From IMG/VR virus record IMGVR_UViG_3300027244_000003: DNA of 64,000 bases; one strand, given 5' to 3'. The notes under the pieces are model-generated. The model was given only the letters and a program-made list of their open reading frames with translations, was not told the origin of the DNA and searched no databases. This DNA is from a virus. Positions 10,412 through 20,728 of the stretch are shown here, one piece after another; within the stretch, counting starts at the first letter, position 1, and every line of letters begins with the position of its first letter. The translations under genes were made by a program, and so were the position numbers.

Positions 10412-10850
10412 ACTAAAAACAGCAATCAAAGTCCTGTTGGCAAATACAACAGTGATGTACTATAAGGCTCATCAATTTCATTGGAACATTGAGGGCATAG
10501 AGTTCACTCAATTCCACGAATTCTTTGGAGATCTGTATACTGATGTTTATAACTCAGTAGATCCAATTGGTGAACTGCTACGTAAGTTAGATGATTATGC
10601 TCCAGTCAGTTTAGATGACCTGTTTAAGTATAAAACATTACAGGAAGAGACTACCAGAGTAGAACTTCTTTCTGATATTCTGGCTAGTCTTATCAAGGCA
10701 AATGACGAAGTCTTGGCTAGCCTAAATAAAGTGTTCACTATTGCAAATGCAGACAAACAACAAGGTATTTGTAATTTTATTGCGGATAGAATAGATACAC
10801 ACCAGAAGCATGCATGGTTCTTACGTGCTTCTGCTAAGAAAATAGGATAA
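10404..10850 (+). CDS. dps: Dps family ferritin-like protein
   Basis: HQFHWNIEG..F..FHEFF, HQKHAWFL. Confidence 0.85.
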   Translation: MDELKTAIKVLLANTTVMYYKAHQFHWNIEGIEFTQFHEFFGDLYTDVYNSVDPIGELLRKLDDYAPVSLDDLFKYKTLQEETTRVELLSDILASLIKANDEVLASLNKVFTIANADKQQGICNFIADRIDTHQKHAWFLRASAKKIG

Positions 10851-10853
10851 AAA

Positions 10854-11681
10854 ATGTTTTCATTTAAACAGCTAATAGAAGAAGCAAAGAAATCAGGATG
10901 CACCTGCTGGACTGGATATAAAAGAGTTCCAGGAACTAAACCATGCTCTGCTGATTCATGTATCAAAGAAAGCCAGCGTGGATTGTGGGACAACATCCAT
11001 GCCAAACAAAAACGAATTAAAGCTGGTTCTGGCGAAAAGATGCGCAAGCCTGGAAGCGAAGGTGCTCCAACTGCAGCAGCATTGAAAGCATCGCAAACGA
11101 ATGAAGCAAAAGATAATAAAGAGTATGGTTACGAAGGTGACATGGCACTAAATCAATTGGCAACGCTAACACGTTGTGCTGATATGATTAAAGATCTACT
11201 AAAGCCAGACACTGATTTGCCAGAGTGGGTTCAATCTAAGATTACTCTTGCAACTGATTATATTCAGACTGCAGCTGACTATTTGTACTCTGAGATGAAA
11301 GAAGATGTTGAAGCACAATTTGACCTTATTGAAGAGATGGTAAGTGATCTCGCTACTCAACATAACTTAGATCCAGAAATGGTTTGGGAAAAGTTTGAGG
11401 AAGTTTCTGATGAAGAACTTTTCGAAGCTGCAGTTGATGCCAAAGGTCATAAATCTTCCACTGGTGGTTTGACTCAAAAAGGTCGTGATGCATACAATGC
11501 CAAGGGTGCTAATTTACAAGCACCCGTGACAACACCTCCATCAGAATTAAAAGCTGGTAGCAAAGCAGCTAATCGTCGTAAGTCTTTCTGTGCTAGAATG
11601 GGTGGCATGGAAGGCGCAATGAAGAAACCAAATGGCGAGCCTACTCGTAAGGCACTCGCACTAAGAAAGTGGAACTGCTAA
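10854..11681 (+). CDS. Modular probable internal head protein
   Basis: Phage modules CWTGYKRV, GLWDNIHAK, LPEWVQSKIT, RRKSFCARM...LRKWNC. Confidence 0.6.
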   Translation: MFSFKQLIEEAKKSGCTCWTGYKRVPGTKPCSADSCIKESQRGLWDNIHAKQKRIKAGSGEKMRKPGSEGAPTAAALKASQTNEAKDNKEYGYEGDMALNQLATLTRCADMIKDLLKPDTDLPEWVQSKITLATDYIQTAADYLYSEMKEDVEAQFDLIEEMVSDLATQHNLDPEMVWEKFEEVSDEELFEAAVDAKGHKSSTGGLTQKGRDAYNAKGANLQAPVTTPPSELKAGSKAANRRKSFCARMGGMEGAMKKPNGEPTRKALALRKWNC

Positions 11682-12919
11682 TGAAATCATTTTTAACATA
11701 TTTAAAAGAAGAAAAAGATGCACTTGGCCATGGCTCAGATGCTGGTGATAAACTAAAGCACATTACTCATGCTGAGGATCGTCCATTGATGCATGGGCAT
11801 GAAGGTTTTGAGCATGCACATGGTGCATTAATGTCTGCTCATGAGCACACAAAGGCTGGAAATAATAGTAGTAAATTAACGATGAAGTTTGATGGTTCAC
11901 CTTCAGTTGTTTTTGGACATCACCCAAGTAATGGTAAATTCTTTGTTGGAACAAAAGGTGCTTTCAATAAAGATCCAAAGATTAATCATACAGAAGCTGA
12001 CATCGATAAGAATCATGGTCATGCTCCAGGTCTAGCCACTAAACTAAAAGCAGCACTACAACATCTACCAAAAGTGACACCAAAGAAAGGTGTTTACCAA
12101 GGTGACATCATGCATTCTGAGGGTGATGTTGAACATGATAAAAAAGCAGGCACTGCTAAGTTTACTCCAAATACAATCTCTTATACTGCTAAAGGCGATG
12201 AAGCAAAGAAAGCAGCTGAATCTAAATTCGGTGTTGCTGTTCATCAAAAGTATGAACACAAAGAAGGTGCTGATAAGAAATCTTTAGAATCAATGCATGT
12301 AACTCCACATCCTGATAATCATAACTTCGGTGATCATAAAGACGTGCATCTTAAGACTGCTAATCATGATACTTCTAAAGTAGATTACCCTAAAGAAGCG
12401 CAAGACCAATTTCACAAACACATGGCTGCTGCCAAAGAAATTCATGATACTCATGGTCACAAGATGTATGATGCTGTTCATCCTGCTCATAGTGGTGATT
12501 CTGGTCATTTGGCTTCTTACATTAATCATACAGTTAAAACAGATACAGTTCCAACTGCTGAAGGTTTACAAGCCCATGTTACTGCTCACTACGAAAAGAA
12601 AGCAGCTGGTGTTAAGTCTGATGCTGCAAAGGCAAAACATACAGGCGAAGGTGCTGCACAAGTAGCGCATATCGAAAAGAATAAGTCTCACTACGATAAT
12701 CTATTGAATATGCATATTCACTTGGCAAAAGCAAAAGATACATTAGTTAAAAGTTTAAATACTCATACTGGTGGATTAGATCATCACATTGGTGATAACA
12801 AAACAGATCCAGAAGGATTTGTTATTAATCATGAGCACAATGGAAAAGAAGAGCCAACTAAATTAGTTAATCGTAAAGAGTTTAGTAAAGCCAACCTATT
12901 AAAAGTATACAAAAAATGA
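11681..12919 (+). CDS. His-rich conserved T4-like protein (DUF6267-like)
   Basis: HITHAED, TMKFDGSPS, QGDIM, PEGFV, KLVNRKEFSKAN (ligase-like nucleotidyltransferase motifs). Confidence 0.6.
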   Translation: MKSFLTYLKEEKDALGHGSDAGDKLKHITHAEDRPLMHGHEGFEHAHGALMSAHEHTKAGNNSSKLTMKFDGSPSVVFGHHPSNGKFFVGTKGAFNKDPKINHTEADIDKNHGHAPGLATKLKAALQHLPKVTPKKGVYQGDIMHSEGDVEHDKKAGTAKFTPNTISYTAKGDEAKKAAESKFGVAVHQKYEHKEGADKKSLESMHVTPHPDNHNFGDHKDVHLKTANHDTSKVDYPKEAQDQFHKHMAAAKEIHDTHGHKMYDAVHPAHSGDSGHLASYINHTVKTDTVPTAEGLQAHVTAHYEKKAAGVKSDAAKAKHTGEGAAQVAHIEKNKSHYDNLLNMHIHLAKAKDTLVKSLNTHTGGLDHHIGDNKTDPEGFVINHEHNGKEEPTKLVNRKEFSKANLLKVYKK

Positions 12920-15900
12920 TTACATTTAAAGAAGCCAAAGATGCGGGTGGCCATGGGTCTGAAAAGCACCATGCCATGGTATTCGGTCGCATGAATCCAG
13001 TAACTTCTGGTCATGAAGCTGTTGTTAAAAAGATGCATGATGTTGCCAAAGAACATGGTGCTGGTCATTCTTTAATTGTTTCTCACAGTCAAGATGCTAA
13101 AAAGAATCCTCTTTCAGCAGATCAAAAAGTTAATCATGCAAAGAATGCATTTCCAGGAACTAATGTATCTTCTTCTAGCAAAGAAAAACCAACTATCTTA
13201 CATCATGCTGCAGAGTTACACAAACAAGGTGTGACACACCTGCATGTAGTTGCTGGTTCTGATCGTCATAAAGATATGCATGATCTACTACATAAGTATA
13301 ATGGTCAAGATTCTGGTCATGGTCATTACAATTTTAAAAAGATAACAGTACATTCTTCTGGTGAGAGAGATCCAGATGCCGAAGGTACTGAAGGAATGTC
13401 GGCAAGTAAAATGCGTGAGCATGCAGCATCTGGTAATAAAGCAGAGTTTCATAAAGGAACTCCTTCATCAATGAAACCAGAACATAAAGATGCTATGTAC
13501 AATGATGTGCGTAAAGGTATGGGTATTAAAGAAGAACTTAAAACATACAAAGAACTTATGGAAGACAGTTATCTAACTAAACTTATTTCTCGTCATAGAC
13601 GTGGAGAGAAACTAGCAGCAAATGAACAAGAATTAGTTGCATCTTCTTTAAAGAGAAGTAAGATTTATGGTAAGTCTAAAAATGCAATTAGTTCTGAAGT
13701 TAAAGAAGAGCTAGAAGAGTCTGTTTCTGAGTTAAACAAACATATCTCTGATTTCTCTAAAGGTGTTAAATCTTCATCTGCAAAACAAAGCACATACAAA
13801 CGTGATAATAAAGCAATTCATAATATGAAGCATGTTGAAACAGATTCAGATCACCAAGCAGTCTTTAAACATCTACAAAAGATGGGTTACAAAAAGACTT
13901 CTGGTTACGATTCAAAACCAAATGAGTTTGACATGCATCACAATCGTGAAGAGATGACATCAAAGAGTGATCCAGTTCATCATTCATCTGGTGTTTCAGC
14001 TCATGTCGAAAAAGAACATGGTGGTAAGACTAAAGTTCACTTCACGCATCGTCATATTAAAGAAGAAGTTGAACAGATCGATGAACTATCCACAGATCTA
14101 TTAGCAAGATATAAAAAAGCTGCAGGTGCTTCTGCTAAAGCAGCAGATGCTTCTGGTAACTATGCCAAGGGCGACAAGCGTTTTAAAGGCATAAACAAAG
14201 CAACAAACAAACAGTTTGACAATGATCTAAAGAAACATAATCAAGTCAAAGAAGAAACTCTCGATCAACAAGCTGATCGTGTAAAACAATTGAAGAAGTT
14301 TAAAGACATGATGGCTGGTATGAAGTTAGACGAAGTGAAGACTGGTAATCCAGGATATGGTTATCATGGCCAACACCAAACAACACATAATGGTGATGAG
14401 GCATATGAAAAGATTCATGCTCATGTTAAAAGTTTAACTGATAGTGATGACAAAACTGTAAAGCATTATCTTGATTCTGCACATGGTCGCCATCTAGTTG
14501 GACATGAAGATGATCATGAACACATTAAAAAAGACTTTAAGAAATTTAGTAAATATTATCGTCCAGCGATGCATGAAGAACTTGAATTAGAAGAATCATT
14601 CGAAGACGCTGATAAACATCTTGCATTAGCAGACAAAGCCCAACGCAATAAGGATATGTTCTCTCACCATATGCACATGGCAGACTATCATGGATCATTG
14701 GCTGATTGGCATGATTCGAAGGGTAGAAGTAGTGCTGGTGATCGTCATTTGGATAAAGCAGCAGACCATGAAGAACTAGCACATGCTATAAAGAAAAAGT
14801 CTGTTAGTGAAGGAACTCTGCAACCATCAGGTACAGATAAAATAGAAACGGCTGGCAGTCCAGTGTCAGATATTGGAACACAAAAATTAAAGGTAACCAA
14901 AGTGAAATCATTTAAATTTTTTACAGCTGAACAAGTTCAGCCAATTCAAGAAGCATCAGTCAAATCTGAGAAACATAGCTGGGGTAAAATGATGACTGTT
15001 CATCATGGAGCCAGCCATTCATATCCTTTACATCCAGAACATCAAGAAGCAATCAGAAATTTGAAACATGGTGAAAAAACTTCTTTCAAAGATGAAACTG
15101 GTGCTAAAGTAAATGTACATCGTGATGTTCAAGATGTTCACTTCACTTCTAACAAGACAGCTACTAAGACTACAGTTCCTCATAGTCATTTTAGCGAAGA
15201 AAATGAATTAGATGAAAAACTAATTGGTAAACAAAAGAACATAGACAAGAACAAGAATGGTAAAGTCGATGCTCAAGATTTTAAGATTCTACAAAAAGAA
15301 AATGCACCAGTCGCTCCAGTTCCAGATAAGAAATACATCAAAGGTACTCCAGAGAACAAAGCATTGAAAGCATCACGTAAACCAATCAATGGTATGCCAA
15401 CGAATGTAAAAGAAGAAGTTACAGAAGCACTCAATGATAATTTACATCCAGCAGGTGCTGCATTACTAAAACATATTAAACCAGAACACCATAATAAATA
15501 TAAAGAACATCTAACTACTGATGTATTTACTGGATCATATAAAGATCGTTCAGATGTTTTAACTACTGCTAAAAATGCTGGCCATCTAAAAGAAAACTCT
15601 AAACAAGAAGATCCTCCTTTTGATGGTCCATACAAATCTACTTTCAAGAAACCAAATAATCCAAGTCGTTCAGGTATGGATTCAGCACGTGCATTAGCAC
15701 AACGTGCCATGGGTAAGGTTAAAGAAAAAGCCATTAAAGAAGATAACGAACAACTCGATGAAGTTAATCATCGTGATTTTGCTTCACAAGGTAAGATGCA
15801 CCCAGACATGGCCAAGCATATGAAGACTGGCCAAGAGATGGACTTCTATCATTCTAAGACTGGTGACAAGATCTCTGGAATTGTTAAACACAACAGCGGA

Positions 15901-16317
15901 TCTGAAGTGCACGTTAAAGCACATAAAGATGGTAAAGTTGGTGCAGGTGAAGTCCACAAATTTAATGTTACATCTAAATTAGATGAAGCAGCACCACTTA
16001 AAAAGATTGATCATGTAAACCTTCCAGGTGAAGCACCACATGAAGAAAAATGGGAACCAGCTAAGAAGAAAATGGTTAAGAAAGAATCATTATCATTCTC
16101 TGATTTCTTAAATCGTATAGATGAAATTAAAATGGCAGATCTGCCATCTCGTAAAGTTCAAGGTCGTTCTTATGGTGCAGACTATGAAGATCCAGCTGGA
16201 GCATTCGAGACAAAAGACGATATGAAAAAAGCAGAGCCAAAAAAGGCTGGGCGAAAAGTGGGGCAAAAGGTTGGTGCAAGAGCCAATCTCGGAAATTCTA
16301 AATTGCATCAAGCATAA
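12916..16317 (+). CDS. Large His-rich virion protein: N-terminal cytidylyltransferase-like domain plus modules separated by E-rich linkers
   Basis: FGRMNPVTSGH, VAGSDR, MSASKMR; recurring IKEE/LDE/IDE; EF-hand-like DKNKNGKVDAQDF. Confidence 0.7.
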   Translation: MITFKEAKDAGGHGSEKHHAMVFGRMNPVTSGHEAVVKKMHDVAKEHGAGHSLIVSHSQDAKKNPLSADQKVNHAKNAFPGTNVSSSSKEKPTILHHAAELHKQGVTHLHVVAGSDRHKDMHDLLHKYNGQDSGHGHYNFKKITVHSSGERDPDAEGTEGMSASKMREHAASGNKAEFHKGTPSSMKPEHKDAMYNDVRKGMGIKEELKTYKELMEDSYLTKLISRHRRGEKLAANEQELVASSLKRSKIYGKSKNAISSEVKEELEESVSELNKHISDFSKGVKSSSAKQSTYKRDNKAIHNMKHVETDSDHQAVFKHLQKMGYKKTSGYDSKPNEFDMHHNREEMTSKSDPVHHSSGVSAHVEKEHGGKTKVHFTHRHIKEEVEQIDELSTDLLARYKKAAGASAKAADASGNYAKGDKRFKGINKATNKQFDNDLKKHNQVKEETLDQQADRVKQLKKFKDMMAGMKLDEVKTGNPGYGYHGQHQTTHNGDEAYEKIHAHVKSLTDSDDKTVKHYLDSAHGRHLVGHEDDHEHIKKDFKKFSKYYRPAMHEELELEESFEDADKHLALADKAQRNKDMFSHHMHMADYHGSLADWHDSKGRSSAGDRHLDKAADHEELAHAIKKKSVSEGTLQPSGTDKIETAGSPVSDIGTQKLKVTKVKSFKFFTAEQVQPIQEASVKSEKHSWGKMMTVHHGASHSYPLHPEHQEAIRNLKHGEKTSFKDETGAKVNVHRDVQDVHFTSNKTATKTTVPHSHFSEENELDEKLIGKQKNIDKNKNGKVDAQDFKILQKENAPVAPVPDKKYIKGTPENKALKASRKPINGMPTNVKEEVTEALNDNLHPAGAALLKHIKPEHHNKYKEHLTTDVFTGSYKDRSDVLTTAKNAGHLKENSKQEDPPFDGPYKSTFKKPNNPSRSGMDSARALAQRAMGKVKEKAIKEDNEQLDEVNHRDFASQGKMHPDMAKHMKTGQEMDFYHSKTGDKISGIVKHNSGSEVHVKAHKDGKVGAGEVHKFNVTSKLDEAAPLKKIDHVNLPGEAPHEEKWEPAKKKMVKKESLSFSDFLNRIDEIKMADLPSRKVQGRSYGADYEDPAGAFETKDDMKKAEPKKAGRKVGQKVGARANLGNSKLHQA

Positions 16318-16347
16318 ATAATAATAGTCCAATCTAAGGAGAACAAC

Positions 16348-16872
16348 ATGGCACTATGGGGAAATATCGATTCGGCAGCACCATCTGCTGGTACAACAGT
16401 TAGCGTAACAAATGCTAGCACTGCTGTTACTGGTGTTAGCACTGCATTCTTAACAGACTTATCAGTGGGTGATGTTCTTATGATCACTTCTGGTACTACT
16501 ACTAAAAATCGTGTTGCAGCTATCGCTTCCGACACAGCATTGACTTTGGCTGATAACTTTACTGGCACTACTGCAGCAACTCTAGCAATTGCTAACGTAA
16601 AGATTCAGAAAGCACCTAAGTTTGTTTATCAAGATTCTAACCAAACTAGTGGTAAGACTTCTTTGGATCAAACATTCTTTGTTGACTCTACTGAAGCAAC
16701 TATCGCTTCTAACAAAGCGAAAGGTATTACACATTCAGGCTGGTGGAGAGTTAAAACATATACTGACTCTGCAAGCGCAACACGTTATAAAGCAGTTTGC
16801 TTAGTTGCTATGGGAACTGCGGTTGGTGTATCATCTGATGCTGCTGACGATGCGACTGTAGCAGACGCATAA
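16348..16872 (+). CDS. Ala/Thr-rich virion structural protein
   Basis: MALWG start, GITHSGW; strong SD and CATAAATA upstream. Confidence 0.6.
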   Translation: MALWGNIDSAAPSAGTTVSVTNASTAVTGVSTAFLTDLSVGDVLMITSGTTTKNRVAAIASDTALTLADNFTGTTAATLAIANVKIQKAPKFVYQDSNQTSGKTSLDQTFFVDSTEATIASNKAKGITHSGWWRVKTYTDSASATRYKAVCLVAMGTAVGVSSDAADDATVADA

Positions 16873-16891
16873 TAAATACATTATGTATGTA

Positions 16892-16924
16892 AGATGGGGA
16901 GGTTTTCTCCCCATCTCTTTCTTG
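16892..16924 (+). terminator. Intrinsic terminator-like hairpin
   Basis: AGATGGGGAG / CTCCCCATCT stem followed by CTTTCTT. Confidence 0.55.
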
Positions 16925-16937
16925 AAGGTATTATGGT

Positions 16938-17315
16938 GTGAATGAAAAATTAACTGAAGCGAATTTCTTAGTATATGCAATGCATCATTATGACAATCCA
17001 CAATGTCACAGTCTGCAAGAATTTGAAGAAGATTTAAAAAAGATCCTCTATCTTAAAAAATTATTATCTCGTTATAAGAATAATAATGAATTGAGAGAAC
17101 GATTGATATTAAACCATATTATTGTTCTTTACAATATTTTTGGCGAAGCAACAATAAAGATGTTGTTTTTTAAGATAGAAGAATCTTGCTGGGATTCACT
17201 GATTACATTTTTAGTATATCTTGATCGTATGCCTGAAACTATTCCAGAATATGGAATCATACTTTCTGATGTTACATTAGATGAGTATATCATCGCAAAT
17301 TTAAGGAAACTCTAA
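16938..17315 (+). CDS. Conserved T4-like hypothetical protein
   Basis: YDNPQC...F.EDL...LILNHII.LYN.FG. Confidence 0.7.
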   Translation: MNEKLTEANFLVYAMHHYDNPQCHSLQEFEEDLKKILYLKKLLSRYKNNNELRERLILNHIIVLYNIFGEATIKMLFFKIEESCWDSLITFLVYLDRMPETIPEYGIILSDVTLDEYIIANLRKL

Positions 17316-17836
17316 TGAGTCGCATTGTAGACAACATGATTGCTTATAGAATTGTTCGCATGCTTGTGACAGATTTCCCACAAACAGATGCGTTCAGACT
17401 AGGCATTATCGATGCCCATGGCAATGCAATTAAGCGTTCAAGTATGCTTAATACAGATCAAGAGAAAAACTCTTATACTTATTTGCATCGTTTAGTTTTC
17501 AATATGAAGAAGTTGATCAATAGACTTGGTGGAGAGAATAAGTTAAAGAGTATGGCTGCAGCATTGTGGTTGATCAGAGAGTATTATGAAAGTGGTTCTA
17601 GAACTACATCTAATATGGAAACCAAGTATAAGAATTTGATCGAAACATTAAACCACAATGTTATTCTTGTTGAAGAAGAAATTCTTATCAAGAAAGTTTT
17701 AGCAGAAGATGCGCCAGCTAATGCAACTGGTGCTGCAGTTTCTACAAATGAACCAAAGATTGAACCAAAGAGCAAAAAGAAACCTATCATGGGTATGGCT
17801 CGCAGACCAGCACTAGCAGTTAAAGAGGTTTGTTAA
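17315..17836 (+). CDS. Conserved T4-like hypothetical protein
   Basis: AF.LGIID..G, YT.LHRLVFN.K. Confidence 0.7.
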   Translation: MSRIVDNMIAYRIVRMLVTDFPQTDAFRLGIIDAHGNAIKRSSMLNTDQEKNSYTYLHRLVFNMKKLINRLGGENKLKSMAAALWLIREYYESGSRTTSNMETKYKNLIETLNHNVILVEEEILIKKVLAEDAPANATGAAVSTNEPKIEPKSKKKPIMGMARRPALAVKEVC

Positions 17837-18280
17837 ATGTGGATGCTGTCATTTGTACCTGATGCGGTACTCCATTTAGTTGTCTTTGGTATTATGATTA
17901 CGGGCATAGGCATCTATGCCCTTAGTTTTTTTACAAGATTTATTCCACCACTAATTCCATATTCTGGAATTGCTAGAATTGTTGGAACTATTCTTATGAT
18001 TAGCGGTGTTTATTTCTATGGAAGTTACGCCACTGAAATGTCATGGAGAAATAAAGTATCTGAGTTAGAGACTAAAGTTGCTGCTTCTGAAGCCGAATCT
18101 AAGAAGACCAATATTCAAATACAAAAAGTATACATAGACAAAGTTAAGATAGTAAAAGAAACGCAAGTAGTAATACAAGAACGAATTAAAGAAGTTGAGA
18201 AGCGCATTGACTCACAATGTACTGTTGATACTGAAGTTATTAATATCCTCAATGAAGCTGCAAAGAGGAAAGCGAAATGA
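17837..18280 (+). CDS. i-spanin (Rz-like)
   Basis: N-terminal TM helices, periplasmic coiled coil with Cys; overlaps a lipoprotein gene. Confidence 0.65.
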   Translation: MWMLSFVPDAVLHLVVFGIMITGIGIYALSFFTRFIPPLIPYSGIARIVGTILMISGVYFYGSYATEMSWRNKVSELETKVAASEAESKKTNIQIQKVYIDKVKIVKETQVVIQERIKEVEKRIDSQCTVDTEVINILNEAAKRKAK

Positions 18281-18537
18281 AACTGTTATTGATTGTTCCT
18301 GTATTATTATTAACTGGGTGTTTAGCGACACCAGTACAGAGAAGTTTTCCTGATGTTCCTGAAGAACTAAAGGTAGCTTGTCCAGATTTGATGTTACTCG
18401 AGCCGACAACGAAACTAAGTGAAGTAGTTTCTGTTGTTTCCAAAAACTACGGTCAGTATCAAGAATGTCAGATTAAAGTAGACACTTGGATTGAATGGTA
18501 TAAAACACAAAAACAAATATTCGAGAGTGTCAAATAA
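18277..18537 (+). CDS. o-spanin (Rz1-like lipoprotein)
   Basis: Lipobox LLTGC, Pro-rich segment, CPDL...NY..Y.EC. Confidence 0.7.
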   Translation: MKLLLIVPVLLLTGCLATPVQRSFPDVPEELKVACPDLMLLEPTTKLSEVVSVVSKNYGQYQECQIKVDTWIEWYKTQKQIFESVK

Positions 18538-18538
18538 C

Positions 18539-18973
18539 ATGGAAAATCTACCACAGGAAAGAATAGCCAAATTGGAAGCACAAGTTGAAGGTATTAAGAG
18601 TGATGTTGCTGATGTAAAGCAAGACATCAAAGAACTACACTCACGTGTTACAACAGTAACTAGAGAGATAACAGATCACGTTGATACTAAGTTCGATAAT
18701 CTAATTGCACGCTCTAATACACATGAAATTAAGGATGTAAAAATTGAGCAAAAACTAGATGCAATGATTGTCTGCATTGAGTCGATCAAAGCTGGAGTTG
18801 CCGAAGTGCATGAATGTTTAGATCGCACTGGCACCAGTCTAGATGACAAGTTAGAAAAGTTAAAAGAACGCATAGGGATACTTGAGAAATGGCGTTACAT
18901 GATTGTGGGTGGCGCAATTGCACTTGGTTATCTAGTAGGTCATCTGGATTTCTTTGCAAAATTCCTGAACTAA
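18539..18973 (+). CDS. Coiled-coil protein with C-terminal TM helix
   Basis: ERIAKLEAQV coiled coil; LEKWRYMIVGGAIALG. Confidence 0.6.
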   Translation: MENLPQERIAKLEAQVEGIKSDVADVKQDIKELHSRVTTVTREITDHVDTKFDNLIARSNTHEIKDVKIEQKLDAMIVCIESIKAGVAEVHECLDRTGTSLDDKLEKLKERIGILEKWRYMIVGGAIALGYLVGHLDFFAKFLN

Positions 18974-18976
18974 TAT

Positions 18977-19005
18977 TTGCTTTGCAAGAGCATATGGGGT
19001 ATAAT
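18977..19005 (+). promoter_or_regulatory. sigma70-type promoter for primase
   Basis: TTGCTT-17-TATAAT; ATG 8 nt after the -10 box, no SD. Confidence 0.6.
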
Positions 19006-19013
19006 TACTCTAT

Positions 19014-20045
19014 ATGCTCTATATTGACAACAAATATGCACAAATCCTTGGCGGTCGTCTAAGGAACTTCACAAAGAAGAAAGACTATCTCTGGAACTTT
19101 TCATGTCCAGTGTGCGGAGATAGTTCAACCAACAAACTAAAAGCACGTGGTTACATCTTTCGTGCCAAAGCAGATCTTTTCGTAAAATGTCACAACTGTG
19201 GTTACAGTACCAATCTCGGTAACTTAATCAAGTATGTCGATACTAAGTTATATGATGAATATGTTCTTGAACGCTACAAAGGTGGCGCAACAAGATACAA
19301 TGATCACAAAGACATTGCTGATACCAGTGTCACTCTAGAAACTCCCACAGAAGATTTACTCGAAGATGATATCTTATCATCTCTCTCAAGAATTGATAAA
19401 CTACCACTGACACACCCAGCAGTTAAGTATGTTATCGAACGAAAGATTCCACGTGAAAACTGGAGTCTTTTGTACTTTGCTCCGAAGTTTAAAGCATTCA
19501 CCAATTCAGTGACTGCTAAATTCCAAGAGCCAATTAAGGATGAACATCCTCGTATGATCATTCCTTTCTTTACACCAGCAGGTAAGTGTTTTGCTTTTCA
19601 AGGCAGAGCATACGGTAAAGAAGAACCTAAGTATTATACCATTAAGGTTGATGAAACACAGGAGAAAATTTATGGACTCGATCGCTTGGATTATAGCAAA
19701 CGCATTTACGTGGTCGAAGGACCAATTGACTCGCTTTTCATACCGAATTGTGTGGCTGTGTCAGGAAGCAGTTTTGATACCCCTACTATCAGGCAGTTAC
19801 TTACTAATGCAACTTTAATAATGGATAATGAGCCAAGAAGTAAAGAGATTGTAAAACTTCTTGACAAAAATATAAAGGCAGGTTATTCTGTTTGTATGTT
19901 TCCAGAACATATCCAACAAAAAGATATAAATGATATATTTTTACATAGCGGAATGACCATAGATGAGATTTTAGAGACGATAAATACAAATACCTTCACA
20001 GGTATTGAAGCGAGTCTTAAATTTAGTACATGGAAAAAAATATGA
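19014..20045 (+). CDS. 61: gp61 DNA primase
   Basis: CPVCGDS...CHNC zinc finger; TOPRIM VEGPIDSLF, DNEPR, KDIND. Confidence 0.95.
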   Translation: MLYIDNKYAQILGGRLRNFTKKKDYLWNFSCPVCGDSSTNKLKARGYIFRAKADLFVKCHNCGYSTNLGNLIKYVDTKLYDEYVLERYKGGATRYNDHKDIADTSVTLETPTEDLLEDDILSSLSRIDKLPLTHPAVKYVIERKIPRENWSLLYFAPKFKAFTNSVTAKFQEPIKDEHPRMIIPFFTPAGKCFAFQGRAYGKEEPKYYTIKVDETQEKIYGLDRLDYSKRIYVVEGPIDSLFIPNCVAVSGSSFDTPTIRQLLTNATLIMDNEPRSKEIVKLLDKNIKAGYSVCMFPEHIQQKDINDIFLHSGMTIDEILETINTNTFTGIEASLKFSTWKKI

Positions 20046-20710
20046 ATGTTAGAATGATTAGTTATAGTAAACCCTCTCGAGAGATGTATGATGAGGGTTT
20101 GTTAGATGTACAGGAGTTGGTTGCGTTCTGTGCACGTGTGAGCAATCCAAGTAACCAATTCAACACAGAGACATCAGAGAAGTTAATTAAGTATTTAATT
20201 AAACATCAACACTGGTCACCACTAGAGATGGTTAGTGCATGTTTAGAAATTGAAACTACTCGTGATATAGCAAGACAAATGCTACGTCATCGATCTTTCT
20301 CTTTCCAAGAATTTAGCCAACGATATGCAGATCCAACCAAAGACTTATCTTTCGTTCTTAGAGAAGCCCGACTCCAAGATACGAAGAATCGTCAAAATAG
20401 CGTTGAGAATAATAATCTAGCATTGGCTGCATGGTGGGAAGAAAGGCAGAAGCGAGTTATTGAAGAAGCAAGAAATGCTTATGACTGGGCAATTACCAAC
20501 GGTATTGCCAAAGAACAAGCAAGAGCAGTACTACCAGAAGGACTGACTGTTTCTCGTTTGTACATGAATGGTACGTTGCGTAGCTGGATTCATTTTATCG
20601 AACTCCGATCTGCAAATGGTACACAAAAAGAACACCAAGAAGTCGCACGTGAGTGCGCAAAGGTAATTGCTGAGGTATTTCCTCTAGCAAATGAATTAGT
20701 AAAACTATAA
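20042..20710 (+). CDS. thyX: Flavin-dependent thymidylate synthase
   Basis: RHRSFSFQEFSQRY ThyX motif, HWSPLE. Confidence 0.95.
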   Translation: MNVRMISYSKPSREMYDEGLLDVQELVAFCARVSNPSNQFNTETSEKLIKYLIKHQHWSPLEMVSACLEIETTRDIARQMLRHRSFSFQEFSQRYADPTKDLSFVLREARLQDTKNRQNSVENNNLALAAWWEERQKRVIEEARNAYDWAITNGIAKEQARAVLPEGLTVSRLYMNGTLRSWIHFIELRSANGTQKEHQEVARECAKVIAEVFPLANELVKL

Positions 20711-20728
20711 AGAATAACAGGGCAAGAT

